Below, one piece after another: positions 23,901 through 35,180 of a stretch of 64,000 nt of DNA (within the stretch, counting starts at the first letter, position 1; the number at the start of each line of letters is the position of its first letter). The DNA comes from Nemertoderma westbladi (lineage: Eukaryota > Animalia > Xenacoelomorpha), in the NCBI GenBank assembly GCA_032718475.1, contig JAUCBJ010006791.1, positions 1-64,000 of the forward strand, given 5' to 3'. The notes beneath the pieces are model-generated. The model did no database searches, had not been told where the DNA came from, and worked only from the letters and a program-made list of their open reading frames with translations. The position numbers and the translations under genes were made by a program.

Positions 23901-25193
23901 CGAAATGTTGGAGTAGTATAAGTAATAGGTAGTCGCGTGTATTGGGTGCGAAATGTTGGAGTAGTTTAAGTAATAGGTAGTCGCGTGTATTTGGTGCGAA
24001 ATGTTGGAGTAGTATAAGTAATAGGTAGTCGCGTGTATTGGGTGCGAAATGTTGGAGTAGTATAAGTAATAGGCAGTCGCGTGTATTTGGTGCGAAATGT
24101 TGGAGTAGTATAAGTAATAGGTAGTCGCGTGTATTTGGTGCGAAATGTTGGAGTAGTATAAGTAATAGGCAGTCGCGTGACTATTTGGTGCGAAATGTTG
24201 GAGTAGTATAAGTAATAGGCAGTCGCGTGTATTTGGTGCGAAATGTTGGAGTAGTATAAGTAATAGGTAGTCGCGTGTATTGGGTGCGAAATGTTGGAGT
24301 AGTATAAGTAATAGGCAGTCGCGTGACTATTTGGTGCGAAATGTTGGAGTAGTATAAGTAATAGGCAGTCGCGTGTATTTGGTGCGAAATGTTGGAGTAG
24401 TATAAGTAATAGGTAGTCGCGTGTATTGGGTGCGAAATGTTGGAGTAGTATAAGTAATAGGCAGTCGCGTGTATTTGGTGCGAAATGTTGGAGTAGTATA
24501 AGTAATAGGCAGTCGCGTGACTATTTGGTGCGAAATGTTGGAGTAGTATAAGTAATAGGTAGTCGCGTGTATTTGGTGCGAAATGTTGGAGTAGTATAAG
24601 TAATAGGCAGTCGCGTGACTATTTGGTGCGAAATGTTGGAGTAGTATAAGTAATAGGTAGTCGCGTGTATTTGGTGCGAAATGTTGGAGTAGTATAAGTA
24701 ATAGGTAGTCGCGTGTATTTGGTGCGAAATGTTGGAGTAGTATAAGTAATAGGTAGTCGCGTGTATTTGGTGCGAAATGTTGGAGTAGTATAAGTAATAG
24801 GCAGTCGCGTGTATTTGGTGCGAAATGTTGGAGTAGTATAAGTAATAGGCAGTCGCGTGACTATTTGGTGCGAAATGTTGGAGTAGTATAAGTAATAGGT
24901 AGTCGCGTGTATTTGGTGCGAAATGTTGGAGTAGTATAAGTAATAGGTAGTCGCGTGTATTTGGTGCGAAATGTTGGAGTAGTATAAGTAATAGGTAGTC
25001 GCGTGTATTTGGTGCGAAATGTTGGAGTAGTATAAGTAATAGGCAGTCGCGTGTATTTGGTGCGAAATGTTGGAGTAGTATAAGTAATAGGCAGTCGCGT
25101 GACTATTTGGTGCGAAATGTTGGAGTAGTATAAGTAATAGGTAGTCGCGTGTATTTGGTGCGAAATGTTGGAGTAGTATAAGTAATAGGCAGT
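20978..25193. repeat. 48-bp tandem satellite, right block (~88 units)
   Basis: Same unit, resuming in register after the TSD. Extra variants GTTTAAG, GTGAGAAA and the +2 form GTGACTATTT. Confidence 0.98.
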
Positions 25194-26426
25194 TGTTCGC
25201 GCTTTCAGACCTTTGGCAGTTTAACCCACCAAATTAAGATGTCTTCTAGATATTAAATCTGTTTTTAGTCTATGACAAGTATTTGATTCACTACACTAGT
25301 CGAAACCAATCTGTGCGCGATCATTCACCCGCTGGATATTCCCGGGAGATTGGGTTCGACGGTTTAATTTTATTGCTATGTAAGCCTAATGTATTATTCG
25401 ACTGACAGTATTATATAATCTCTGACAATATTATTCACCTTCGGGAATATTAACAGTTCCTTTAGGACGTGGCGCTTTATCTATATAAACAGAGTTATGA
25501 CTTAAACTACTCACAACGATATGGCTTAATTATAATTCACATATATGGCGCATTCTTTAGGAATTGCTTCTTTAACAGACTCACTCATACACAATGCTGC
25601 ACAATACTGCACACTAATCTGCCAATCTTCACTGATTTTAGTCACATATAAAAGGAACACAGGCTGACTCATGTAGGGTCTATCAAATAACATTAGATTC
25701 ACTTCAAACCACTTTAACATAAGTCACAATCGTTATTGGTAACCTTTCTCTCTTACCTTCGGTATATCAAGAATATTGGGTTTCGGGGTGATTTATCGTT
25801 ATTCCAAATATAATAATTCATCAACCATATTATGAAGAACTGACGGTAAATAGCAGTATAAAATAACTACTGAACACTGATTGTTATGAGTTTGCAATGT
25901 TTCAGCAGTCAGGATGTATGATAAGTTATCAGTAGTCATTAGATGCGTTAAAGGATATATGCCCTTTATAATTAAACCTACTAGTGTACGACTAAAAAGC
26001 AGTACAGCACAAAATACTTCCAAGCCGTTCTTTCTTTGGCTCAAGACTGAATGTAAACACTGCACATAGGCATTGCGTCATTTCTCGGAAATTTTCTGTA
26101 CAAGGAGCCACAAAAACGCTCTCATTGGCTGACTGAACTGAGAGACGCCGTAGAACAAAGGAAATCAACACGTATGAATGTCAGCTGTTAACCGTAGTCA
26201 TAGTAACTACTGTTCAAGAGTAGCTATCACCCTTTTGCGTCACGAATTGCCATAGAATCATAAAATATGCCTTTCACAGTACACATACAGAGGAAATAGG
26301 TCTTAGATCCTCTAAAAACACAGATACAGCAATAATACGGTCTCTTACACTTATTAAATCAACTACGGAGTATTTTAATGTAAAAGATAATAAAAATAAC
26401 GGGGCAATTCAGCAAAGGCTTTTACA
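25194..26426 (-). repeat. 3' LTR of element C
   Basis: Direct repeat of 36979-38217; TG/CA ends; adjacent purine tract. Confidence 0.93.
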
Positions 26427-27326
26427 CCGCTCCCAGAAAATGGGATTTTCAGTCTATAAAATATAAAAATCACAGTTTCTAAAACACAAAGATACTCTAA
26501 ACAGTTAGTCTTTCTTGCGCGGACGGCGTTTACGCAGTTTCTTGAGGCTAGCAAGAGTCCTTTTCTCTTTGGGGGGAGCCACTTTACTAGGAGGGCCATA
26601 ACTCCTGGGTGAAGGGTGCAATATGATTGCATTAAAAGGTTTGGGTTTACGGTCGGTGTCTCGTCCATTTCGATATGCTTCTCCTCGAGCTGATTTTCCT
26701 CCGCTTGTCATGGGATACGTTCGTCCAAAACTCTCGCAGAGAATAGGGTTTTCTAAGCTTGATATCTTCTTTGAGATTCGAGGTTTCCCAATCGAACTGA
26801 GATAAGGCCAATTCGTTTATCGATTGGACTTACTGTTATAACTTACGTTTATCTGAACAAACGCAGGTTTCCTTTTTGATCTTTATAGAATAGCGTTTAA
26901 CTCGTTTCGTACAACGCTCTCCTTCACCTTGATGAAGGGTTGTATCGCGTTAAACGGGACGACCATACGGTTGGATAGTGATATTAGGTGTCTGCGTCAT
27001 AATCCAGCTAGGTAAGATGGGCGGCTAGCTAGAAATCACTGTCGGAGTGTTACCGATTAATTGTTAGGGTAGCACTAGATCTTGAACAGTGAATACCGTC
27101 CGCGAGGATCCGCGACACCACCAGGATCGCAGGTCTGAGGTCCAACTAAGAAATGAGGAGGTTTGACCGAGTATTCCGGGACTCTGATCGTAGGTTTACT
27201 CTAGGATCGTTAGAGCCGAGTGAGCATAGGTGATACGTCAAACAAGTTTCGCTCGAAACTCCAGTAAATATAACGAACACAACTGTGTTTAACACAACGT
27301 TTCCGTGGATGTTTATGTCTTTCCGT

Positions 27327-28022
27327 TTATTGGCTGGGTCTAGGGCATTTACCGTAATAATACCCAAAAACGTACGTCTTGTAGGGGAAACGCGAGTGAT
27401 CTTTCTCCAGCTTACAATATTCCTCCATCCGTTCGAAGCTGTTCGGTACAACAGGTAGCGGTCGATCGGCGATAAGATACATCATAGGGGAATCGAGCCG
27501 TTTGAGTTCTACCATGCGGTCATGATGTATACCTTGAGGATATCGAGTTTCTAGATTTTGTTGACTGGCAATATTGAGATATGTTTCTATCAGGAATTCC
27601 AGATAATCGTTGAAGTCGCTGCGTTTATCCGGCTCCTCAACGTCTTCTCTTTCGAGTCTGTTTCGAATAGAATTCTCGTGTTCCATTCTTGGTTTATCGT
27701 TCCGCCTCTGCTGGGTAGGATATTTCAATCGTACCATTTCCCTTTTGGTGTCGACATTGTCCGTATCGTGTAAATCGATAGGATGACCAGTAGTTAAGAA
27801 GCCCATATACGTACCATTACGCTGCGTATATCGAGCAGTGAATTTTCTATAGTCCAACTCACGCGTGAGCTGCTCTTGGGACATTGGCGGTTCGATATAA
27901 CGACCATCGTCCTCCGCAGCAGTTGGACTAACGTCGCCGCGTATTAAGCTATCAACAAACGCTTGTAAAAGTAGAGTATATCGCTCCCCGATACCAAGAC
28001 CATCTTCTATCAACTCCGTCAT
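27327..28022 (-). CDS. Orphan accessory ORF of element C (231 aa from ATG 28022), function unknown
   Basis: Sense-strand ORF in the env position (MTELIEDGLG...GKCPRPSQ); hydrophilic; no evident signal peptide or TM segment; no motif I recognise. Confidence 0.5.
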   Translation of the reverse strand: MTELIEDGLGIGERYTLLLQAFVDSLIRGDVSPTAAEDDGRYIEPPMSQEQLTRELDYRKFTARYTQRNGTYMGFLTTGHPIDLHDTDNVDTKREMVRLKYPTQQRRNDKPRMEHENSIRNRLEREDVEEPDKRSDFNDYLEFLIETYLNIASQQNLETRYPQGIHHDRMVELKRLDSPMMYLIADRPLPVVPNSFERMEEYCKLEKDHSRFPYKTYVFGYYYGKCPRPSQ

Positions 28023-29673
28023 ATCTGCTATATATGAGTTTATCCATATTATAATGAGTCCACATTTAGGCGAGCGGGCGTCGCTGCCTACCCCAATCAA
28101 CCCCCGGACAGTACGAGATCCTCAGCGCCGATGTGTCGTCGCCGCTGTACTTTCGCCAACGACGTAGCCGCACAACGACAACGACAACCGGCACAAGTCA
28201 CTCAACTGTCCGTCCCAAAGGCTTAGATGTACTTCAGGTTTTCCTTGGAGAGTTAGGTTACTTTACGATTGCGACTGGCTACTGTAAACACACCTTAGTA
28301 GTAACATTCGCCTATAAGCTCACAAGTACCACACACACAACTTGTCACAAATTACACACACTCGGGTCACTTGTCCGTTAGTCAATGCCTTCCAGAATGT
28401 CACTGTATTATTATGTATCCTTGGATACTAGTAGTGCGCTATTTATTCCCTATGCTATTCAATGGGACAAGCTTTCTATTGTTCGTTTAACTCAATTCTA
28501 ATTCTAGCGTGGTTGTTGCTATGGTGACATTATGCAAAGCTAGCGGTAGAATTAGAGTAATTCCAATGCATACAGATCTGGGATGTTATTTAATAGTATT
28601 CTTTAATAGTCAATGTTCTGTTTTATACATGACTTTATGAATTTTATCGGCTATTGACTATGTTTGGGAGACTTTCGCACACTCATACGCATAATAAGAT
28701 AAATCTCCGCTCCCTTGATCTATTAATTAATGGAATTTTGGGAATGTTATAAATTGCGTAAAAATGGCAATTTATTAAATTCATTAAAAGGCATGAATTT
28801 AAATTTATTCCCTGAAATTTTATTATTTGATAATTAAATTGACATATTTTGATTCTAGAACATGTCTGGGGACACAAGATCCTTAATTCTATGACAATTG
28901 TCTTTTTAAGAATATCGGTAAATGCTACGATATCTTAATTGACTAGAATTGTTGAAGGATCTGAATTTTACAGATTTTGATTTATTAGATTTGTAAATAT
29001 TAAATAATTAATATTTGAGATGGGCACCGATTTATTCCAGAACTTGTCTGGGGACGTTAACCACTGATTCTAGAATTTGTCTTTCAAGTATATCGGTGGG
29101 TGCCGCGATATCTTAATCGACTAGAATTACAGATGGTCAAAGGGTTTAACAGATTTATTTTGCGTTATACGCTACTGTTAAAGGGACATCACGCTACTAT
29201 ATGTATTATTTAATATACGGTATGAGAGCAATATCGCACGAAGCAATGTCAGTGTGAAGAGGCAAGTCGTTTCCAAGGTCTACCCAGAGCTTGGTTTAGC
29301 CGAGACACGAGGATCTGAACTTTGCATTCCTAATACTCTGCCTACCAATAATACTTAAATATAGTAGTGGCTTTATTGTACTTTAATAAGTACGGACATT
29401 TCATCTTACTGTAGTTACGTATTTATAATATAATACGGACAGTAAGGAAAGAGAAAAATAATTATTTCTTCGCCGTCTCACTAAATATAATATAAGTAAT
29501 TACGTACGTAATAAACACGAATATATTGCACTATTCTACAAAATAATCGCTAAATAATATTCTACTAAATTAAATAAAACGATTATAATAAAATTACATA
29601 GTAATACATACATAAATATAAAAATAATAAAATAATATAAAATAATAGAGTCACACACCCACTCCATATGTTG

Positions 29674-32600
29674 TTACGTTATGGAGTCCCTAGATGTTTG
29701 AAGGATTAGGGAGGTGGTCGTGGGAAGAGAATCTTGCCTTCCACAGTTTCCGGAGAGTCCTCCATTCCCTTCCGATAAACACAAACGACCGACTGGGTGA
29801 TTGAGTCGCTGCATCCTGAATACAATTCCAGGTTTCCTCTTCGTCCTGGAATAGTGACGATAGAAACATCGCTCAAAGTATATGACGGCGTCACAAAGCC
29901 GATTCCAGGAGCTATAGTGGTCCGTCGCTCTCTGCAGGAGAGGTGAGAGTCCCTGCGAGACGTCTGATGTTCCAGAGCTCCAATCGCTCTCTCTGATCTT
30001 CATGAAGGATCCACTCGCGGTGGGGAGGCCCAGATCCACGGCGTCGTCCCTGGCAACATGTAATACCGACAGATCTATCCCGGGTTCAAATAACTCCGAT
30101 CCACCCGTCCGGGTTTCAGGTTCGACTTTCTCCGCTCCCTTGGCTGGTCTAATCTCAGTCGGAGTAAGATGGGGAGGCCATTCATTCTCCTTACTCAGGA
30201 AGTCGGGTTCACCTAACCGGTCTATAGTATCTGTCAGTTCTTGAGGAGTTGCTCCTCTGGAAGCGATGTCCGTTGGATTAAACTTCTTGGGGCAATATCT
30301 CCATTGATCTACATTGGAGCTAAGATTGTCATTATCTGAGGAGTGTGGTGTTCCCTCAGTTGGGTCGTCTCCCTCACTAGTATCATCTTCCCATTCACTC
30401 ACCTGGCAGACGCGATCTTGAAGCAGTCTTTCCCTGAGCGTTCTACGGGAAGGTCCAGTAAGGTACCAACCTACTCTAGTTCTTACCGCATAGGTCTGTA
30501 GTGGCTGCGGTTGAGCAGGCCGTTTCTCTAATGTCTCCAGCGCCTCATGCGCGTTTTGGCCGATGAGTATTTGCACTCCAGGATAATCAGTCTGGAATCG
30601 AGGTATGTTAAGATGTTGGATGCTCTCATCCTCGTCCCAATTATAAAGGTCTGCTTGAGTAGTAGCGAAGTTCTTTATAGCCACCATTTTCACTGACCTG
30701 ATGCTATGTTCTCCTAGTTCGTCCTGGGGGGTGGACAACTCACCTATATAATAGTCGGCAGCTACAGTAGAATTCCAAACCTGCATGATCCCTGACATGT
30801 TGAGCTTAGTTTGGAACTTGGGTTGTCCAGCAAATATATCTTCGGCTAGCTCTTTATCGATGAATGTTCCTGTGCTGCCGGAGTCCAGGAGGGCGTTCAC
30901 TACATAACTCCGTTTAGGTCCGTGCACCCTTACCTGCACCACAGGAAACTCTCGGATTCCTATATTGGAAGTTGGCGCTTTCCAAGATGGTTGTTGATCG
31001 GAAGTAGTTAAGGTAAGGTCGCTGTCTGTGTCTTTCTCATGTACGAGTGCTCGATACACTGCGGTGGTGTTTATTAGGTAACAGGATTCGTTTTGGTCGG
31101 AGAACTCGTCCGTATAGAATCCTTCCATCTCAGATTGATCAGTGTCGTTCACATCACTGAATTGGACATGTAGTTCGGACTCACTTACCTGACTCGGGCT
31201 GTTTCGTTCGAATTCCGTGTGCAACAAGATATGATGATTTGCGCCGCACTTTGCACACCTTGCGTCGGAGTTACAGGTTCGCCGTTGGTGTCCTCGTCTG
31301 AGGCAATTATAACACAACCGCTTATCCCACATGACTTCACGTCTATCCTCGAGTGATTTCCTCAGGAATTTATCACACGCATTTAAACGGTGGGGCCCGT
31401 CGCACAGCACACATTTCGGCTTGATGTTACTTACTTTAACCTGTGCTATGTGGTGCACACTTGTTCTTTCCTCGGGCTTTCTCACCTGAATTCTTTTAGG
31501 AGACGTAGGAAGGGTTTTTTGTACCGGTTCCCTTCTGTCATTGGGTCGAGACTCGGATTTACTTACCTGATCTTTAGGCATTTTATTGACATAATAAGAT
31601 CTGTCAGTGTCTTTCCCGCTGTCCTCTCCTTGAGAAGTTTGGCTTTCACCGTCGTCGGTATAACATACTGGTGTTACCCTTCTCCTAGAAACGGGTTTCT
31701 CACTTACCTTGTTTTCCAATGTCTTCTCTCTGGACTGCCTTAGGAGCTGTAATTTCACTTCTCTATCTAAGAATGACATGAGATCAGTCATGGTAGGGTC
31801 TCGTCGTTGTTGTTCCATCATATATAACACTTTCTTATCCCAGCGTGTACCTACTCCACCCTTGGGCAAAGTAGATGCTAAGGCTCCTACAACCATAGAA
31901 TTCTGGTATTCATGAGACTTACCTAACCAATCTAGTTGTCTACAGATCTCCTGAATCTCATCGGAAAACTCTATAATCCCGCTGCTAAGAAACTTTCGGG
32001 GCGCCATTAATTTCGCATATAAATACCTAGCTATGTTAGTCCTATTACCATACCTGATGTTTAGTGTATCCCAAACTTGTCTTAATCCATCTGGATGTCC
32101 AATAAATTTTAACGCCATTGACTTGGGAGATCCTTCCAAGCACTCGATGAGGAATCTAAGTTTCTCTCCATTAGATAGTACAGAGTTCTGTATGTTATCT
32201 TTGTAATATTCATTAAAAGGTAACCATTTCATCTCATCTCCATTGAACTTGACGATCTCTCCCACCTTCACCGCTTGCCGGGCTTCGGTTCTAGCCATTT
32301 GACGCGTAAAACTTTCTTGGGCCATCGTGTTATTTAATATCGAGTTATCGGTATATAAATTTCTCGGATTATGATCAGTTCTATAGGGAATATCATTATC
32401 AACAGGTCTATAATTACCCTTAATAGGGTTCACTATAGGAGTTTCTACTTCGCTAGCAGTATAAATGCGTGTAGGCTCCACACCTTGCGCATGAGATACT
32501 TCAGACCTAACGGGTTGACACATTGTTACAGAGGGTGGTGGTATACCCTTTTGGGTATTTACTAATTTATCGCGTTCAAGCGCGATACTTTGCTGCACTT

Positions 32601-34683
32601 CTTGCAACTCTAGCCTACTTTCCCTTACTGTGCCCTTGAATTGCTGGACAGTCTCCTGCATCTGCCCGAGCAGGATATCCATCCCCCGCCGTCTCTCGTC
32701 CACCCATTCGACCGCCGAAGCGGGAGTCGCCAACGTTGTAGCGGGCGGACGAGGGACAACGGGCGACAAATTGTGAATATTTCGCTCGGGGTCCAGGACC
32801 TGAACTGTCTCCTGGGCAGTTCTGCGGGGCACAGGTAGCTTAGTGCTATGCAGAGGGAATTTAGAGGTAGCTTCAGGGAGCACAGGTGTGTCTATCACCG
32901 AAGGGGTGATTTCAAGAACAGGCCTAATTATTTCAGGCTCATCTACTATAGTAGGGAGTCTTTCTATTTTAATTATTTGGTCTGTGGGCTCTGTACTACC
33001 TAAGTTGGTGTTATTTAGTTGCCTTCTAACAGCTGGAGGCAAATCAGGCAATTTCTGACGGTGGAATGTTCTTTTACGTCTGCTTAGACGAGATCTATTT
33101 CCTTTGCCTTCAGTATCGGTGGTATCGCCTTCCTCCGATGATGTATATCCCTGTCTTTTGGGAGTAGATCGATCCATCATCCGCATATTGCTAGCCGTTA
33201 ACTGTTTATTTATGCAGTCTTGATTCTCCTGAATGTTTTCCAATTCTAACTGGGTGGTTTCTTCAGTCGCTCTCCGTTCTGCTTCTGCCACTGCCTCTGC
33301 CGCCTTTCTTTCAGCTGCTGCTTCTGCCAAGGTCGCCTTTGCTTCTGCCGCTGCCTCTGCCGCCCTTGCCTCTGCCGCTGCCTCTGCCGCCCTTGCCTCT
33401 GCCGCTGCCTCTGCCGCCTTTGCCTCTGCCGCTGCCGCTTTTGCCCCTGCTGCTGCCTCTGCCGCTGCCACTTTTCTTTCTGCTTCTGCAGCTACCACTG
33501 CTGCTTTCTTTCTGTCTTCTATGCGTTTTTTCTTTACTTGTTCTTCCCTTTCTCTAGCGATGCGGAGTTGTTCATCGAATTTAGCTTGGTTCGCCGCTAA
33601 CCTATCCACATCAATCGCATCTAACACAAGTTTGGCTCCTTCGCTATTAGGGCTAAGTCCCTCTAGCCTTCTCCTCAACTCTTCATCTCCCACAAAACGC
33701 TGATAGTCTGACAGATAGATATCAATGGCATCCTTCTTATGCGGTTTCTCTGCCGTCGCTTCACTTTCCACTTGGGAAAAAGTAGCGTCTGTTGATTCTC
33801 CATGGGTTGAGCGCTCCTCCAACTGAGCCTTCCACTGAGCTGCTCCTTGAACCTGGCGACTCACCCGTTGAAACCAAGTCTTTACGGCAACTTGCAACGA
33901 CGTGTCTTGTCTTCTTTTAGAAGCCTCCTCAAAGGCGGATAAGATTAGCCTAATTCGTAGAACTCTTTCTCTAACTTGATAAAGCAGCGATCCCTGCTCT
34001 TGAGGTCCTTGAGGTTGTTTAAACAGTTGTCTTTCTACTCGCTCCATAGAGCTGAAGAATCCCTGGGCGTATCCGGCTGCGGACCTCTTCCATACAGCTG
34101 GATCGATGGTTTCCTTGGCTACTCCCATCCGGTGTATGTCTTCCCAGGCAGCTTCTGATAAATCAAACGGGAGTCCGGGTCCGGGGAAGTTCCATTGCGA
34201 CTCGACAATAGACTTCAGTTCTTCACTAGTGTATCCCGCGTAACTATCTCTAGTTGACCGTTGACTTCTCGCCCAATCGATCTGGTGTTCTTCCACCGCG
34301 ATCAATAACCCAGCGAGCACGGCTGCAGGAAGGATGAGAAGGGGATCCGTATAAACCGCATCCGTCATCTCTGCTCCGCTCTCGGGTGTCAGCTCTACAG
34401 TATCCTCACTACTGGAGCTGCTGGGCCGCTGAGGAATAAGTTCTTGACTAGTGGGTTGTTGCTGTTCCGCTGCCTTTTGGTCCCGCTTGACCTGAGCTCG
34501 AGTGCCTATGATAGACCTACGATGTTGGACTAGCCTAGGTTCTGTTATTACTACTGGAGGGATGACCTTCCTCACAGTGGGAGGTGAACTGGATTTACGA
34601 CCAGACGGTTGTACGTCTCTATCTGAGTCGCAGATAGTTACATCTAATAAACTGTCTGACAGGTTCTGCTTAGTATCAGACAT
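29674..34683 (-). CDS. gag: BEL/Pao Gag-protease polyprotein with RT, RNase H core and integrase deleted (1669 aa)
   Basis: ATG-initiated; Ala/Glu coiled-coil repeats; Gag motif; triple knuckle; ALLDSGS; then DQWRYCP..NPTDIASRG..PDFL and SPLLQRATDHYSSW, matching the late/post-RNase H part of B's Pol. Confidence 0.9.
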   Translation of the reverse strand: MSDTKQNLSDSLLDVTICDSDRDVQPSGRKSSSPPTVRKVIPPVVITEPRLVQHRRSIIGTRAQVKRDQKAAEQQQPTSQELIPQRPSSSSSEDTVELTPESGAEMTDAVYTDPLLILPAAVLAGLLIAVEEHQIDWARSQRSTRDSYAGYTSEELKSIVESQWNFPGPGLPFDLSEAAWEDIHRMGVAKETIDPAVWKRSAAGYAQGFFSSMERVERQLFKQPQGPQEQGSLLYQVRERVLRIRLILSAFEEASKRRQDTSLQVAVKTWFQRVSRQVQGAAQWKAQLEERSTHGESTDATFSQVESEATAEKPHKKDAIDIYLSDYQRFVGDEELRRRLEGLSPNSEGAKLVLDAIDVDRLAANQAKFDEQLRIAREREEQVKKKRIEDRKKAAVVAAEAERKVAAAEAAAGAKAAAAEAKAAEAAAEARAAEAAAEARAAEAAAEAKATLAEAAAERKAAEAVAEAERRATEETTQLELENIQENQDCINKQLTASNMRMMDRSTPKRQGYTSSEEGDTTDTEGKGNRSRLSRRKRTFHRQKLPDLPPAVRRQLNNTNLGSTEPTDQIIKIERLPTIVDEPEIIRPVLEITPSVIDTPVLPEATSKFPLHSTKLPVPRRTAQETVQVLDPERNIHNLSPVVPRPPATTLATPASAVEWVDERRRGMDILLGQMQETVQQFKGTVRESRLELQEVQQSIALERDKLVNTQKGIPPPSVTMCQPVRSEVSHAQGVEPTRIYTASEVETPIVNPIKGNYRPVDNDIPYRTDHNPRNLYTDNSILNNTMAQESFTRQMARTEARQAVKVGEIVKFNGDEMKWLPFNEYYKDNIQNSVLSNGEKLRFLIECLEGSPKSMALKFIGHPDGLRQVWDTLNIRYGNRTNIARYLYAKLMAPRKFLSSGIIEFSDEIQEICRQLDWLGKSHEYQNSMVVGALASTLPKGGVGTRWDKKVLYMMEQQRRDPTMTDLMSFLDREVKLQLLRQSREKTLENKVSEKPVSRRRVTPVCYTDDGESQTSQGEDSGKDTDRSYYVNKMPKDQVSKSESRPNDRREPVQKTLPTSPKRIQVRKPEERTSVHHIAQVKVSNIKPKCVLCDGPHRLNACDKFLRKSLEDRREVMWDKRLCYNCLRRGHQRRTCNSDARCAKCGANHHILLHTEFERNSPSQVSESELHVQFSDVNDTDQSEMEGFYTDEFSDQNESCYLINTTAVYRALVHEKDTDSDLTLTTSDQQPSWKAPTSNIGIREFPVVQVRVHGPKRSYVVNALLDSGSTGTFIDKELAEDIFAGQPKFQTKLNMSGIMQVWNSTVAADYYIGELSTPQDELGEHSIRSVKMVAIKNFATTQADLYNWDEDESIQHLNIPRFQTDYPGVQILIGQNAHEALETLEKRPAQPQPLQTYAVRTRVGWYLTGPSRRTLRERLLQDRVCQVSEWEDDTSEGDDPTEGTPHSSDNDNLSSNVDQWRYCPKKFNPTDIASRGATPQELTDTIDRLGEPDFLSKENEWPPHLTPTEIRPAKGAEKVEPETRTGGSELFEPGIDLSVLHVARDDAVDLGLPTASGSFMKIRESDWSSGTSDVSQGLSPLLQRATDHYSSWNRLCDAVIYFERCFYRHYSRTKRKPGIVFRMQRLNHPVGRLCLSEGNGGLSGNCGRQDSLPTTTSLILQTSRDSIT

Positions 34684-34773
34684 GACTAGGTATGTACAGT
34701 TGAATGCCTACTGCTATATTACAGTCTAAGCAAGTCTAGTAACTCAGTATGAACTGCTAGCCTAGTAATTAAT

Positions 34774-35180
34774 TACCGGTACTGCTACTCAGTGTAGCGT
34801 GATATATAATATATTAGAATACCGGTATGCTTATAGTATATATAACTATTATTACAGACTAGGTTTATCACAGAATACCGGTATAATTTTAGCGCAAATA
34901 TATATATATATATAATAGGCCTATCGGAATACCGGTATACAGCTTACAGTTTGTAGTATATATAATTCTGGACTAGAATTAATTACAAGTACCGGTATAA
35001 TTTCAGCCTAAATTTATAGAAATAAAGATAGTAGGCCTATCGTAAATACCGGTATGCAGTTTACACTTATAGTGTATATATATAAGTATAATTACAAACT
35101 AGAATTAATTACAAGTACCGGTATAATTTCAGCCGAAATTTATAGAAATAAAGATAATAGGCCTATCGTAAATACCGGTA
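34774..35180. repeat. Degenerate ~57-bp repeats, each carrying the palindrome TACCGGTA (8 copies), in the leader of C
   Basis: TACCGGTA at 34774, 34820, 34876, 34930, 34990, 35047, 35116 and 35173. Confidence 0.8.

Noticed and set aside
33233-33703. Plus-strand Ala/Ser-rich and Leu/Pro-rich ORFs
   Set aside because: Antisense shadows of the 27-bp AEA repeats in C's Gag coiled coil.
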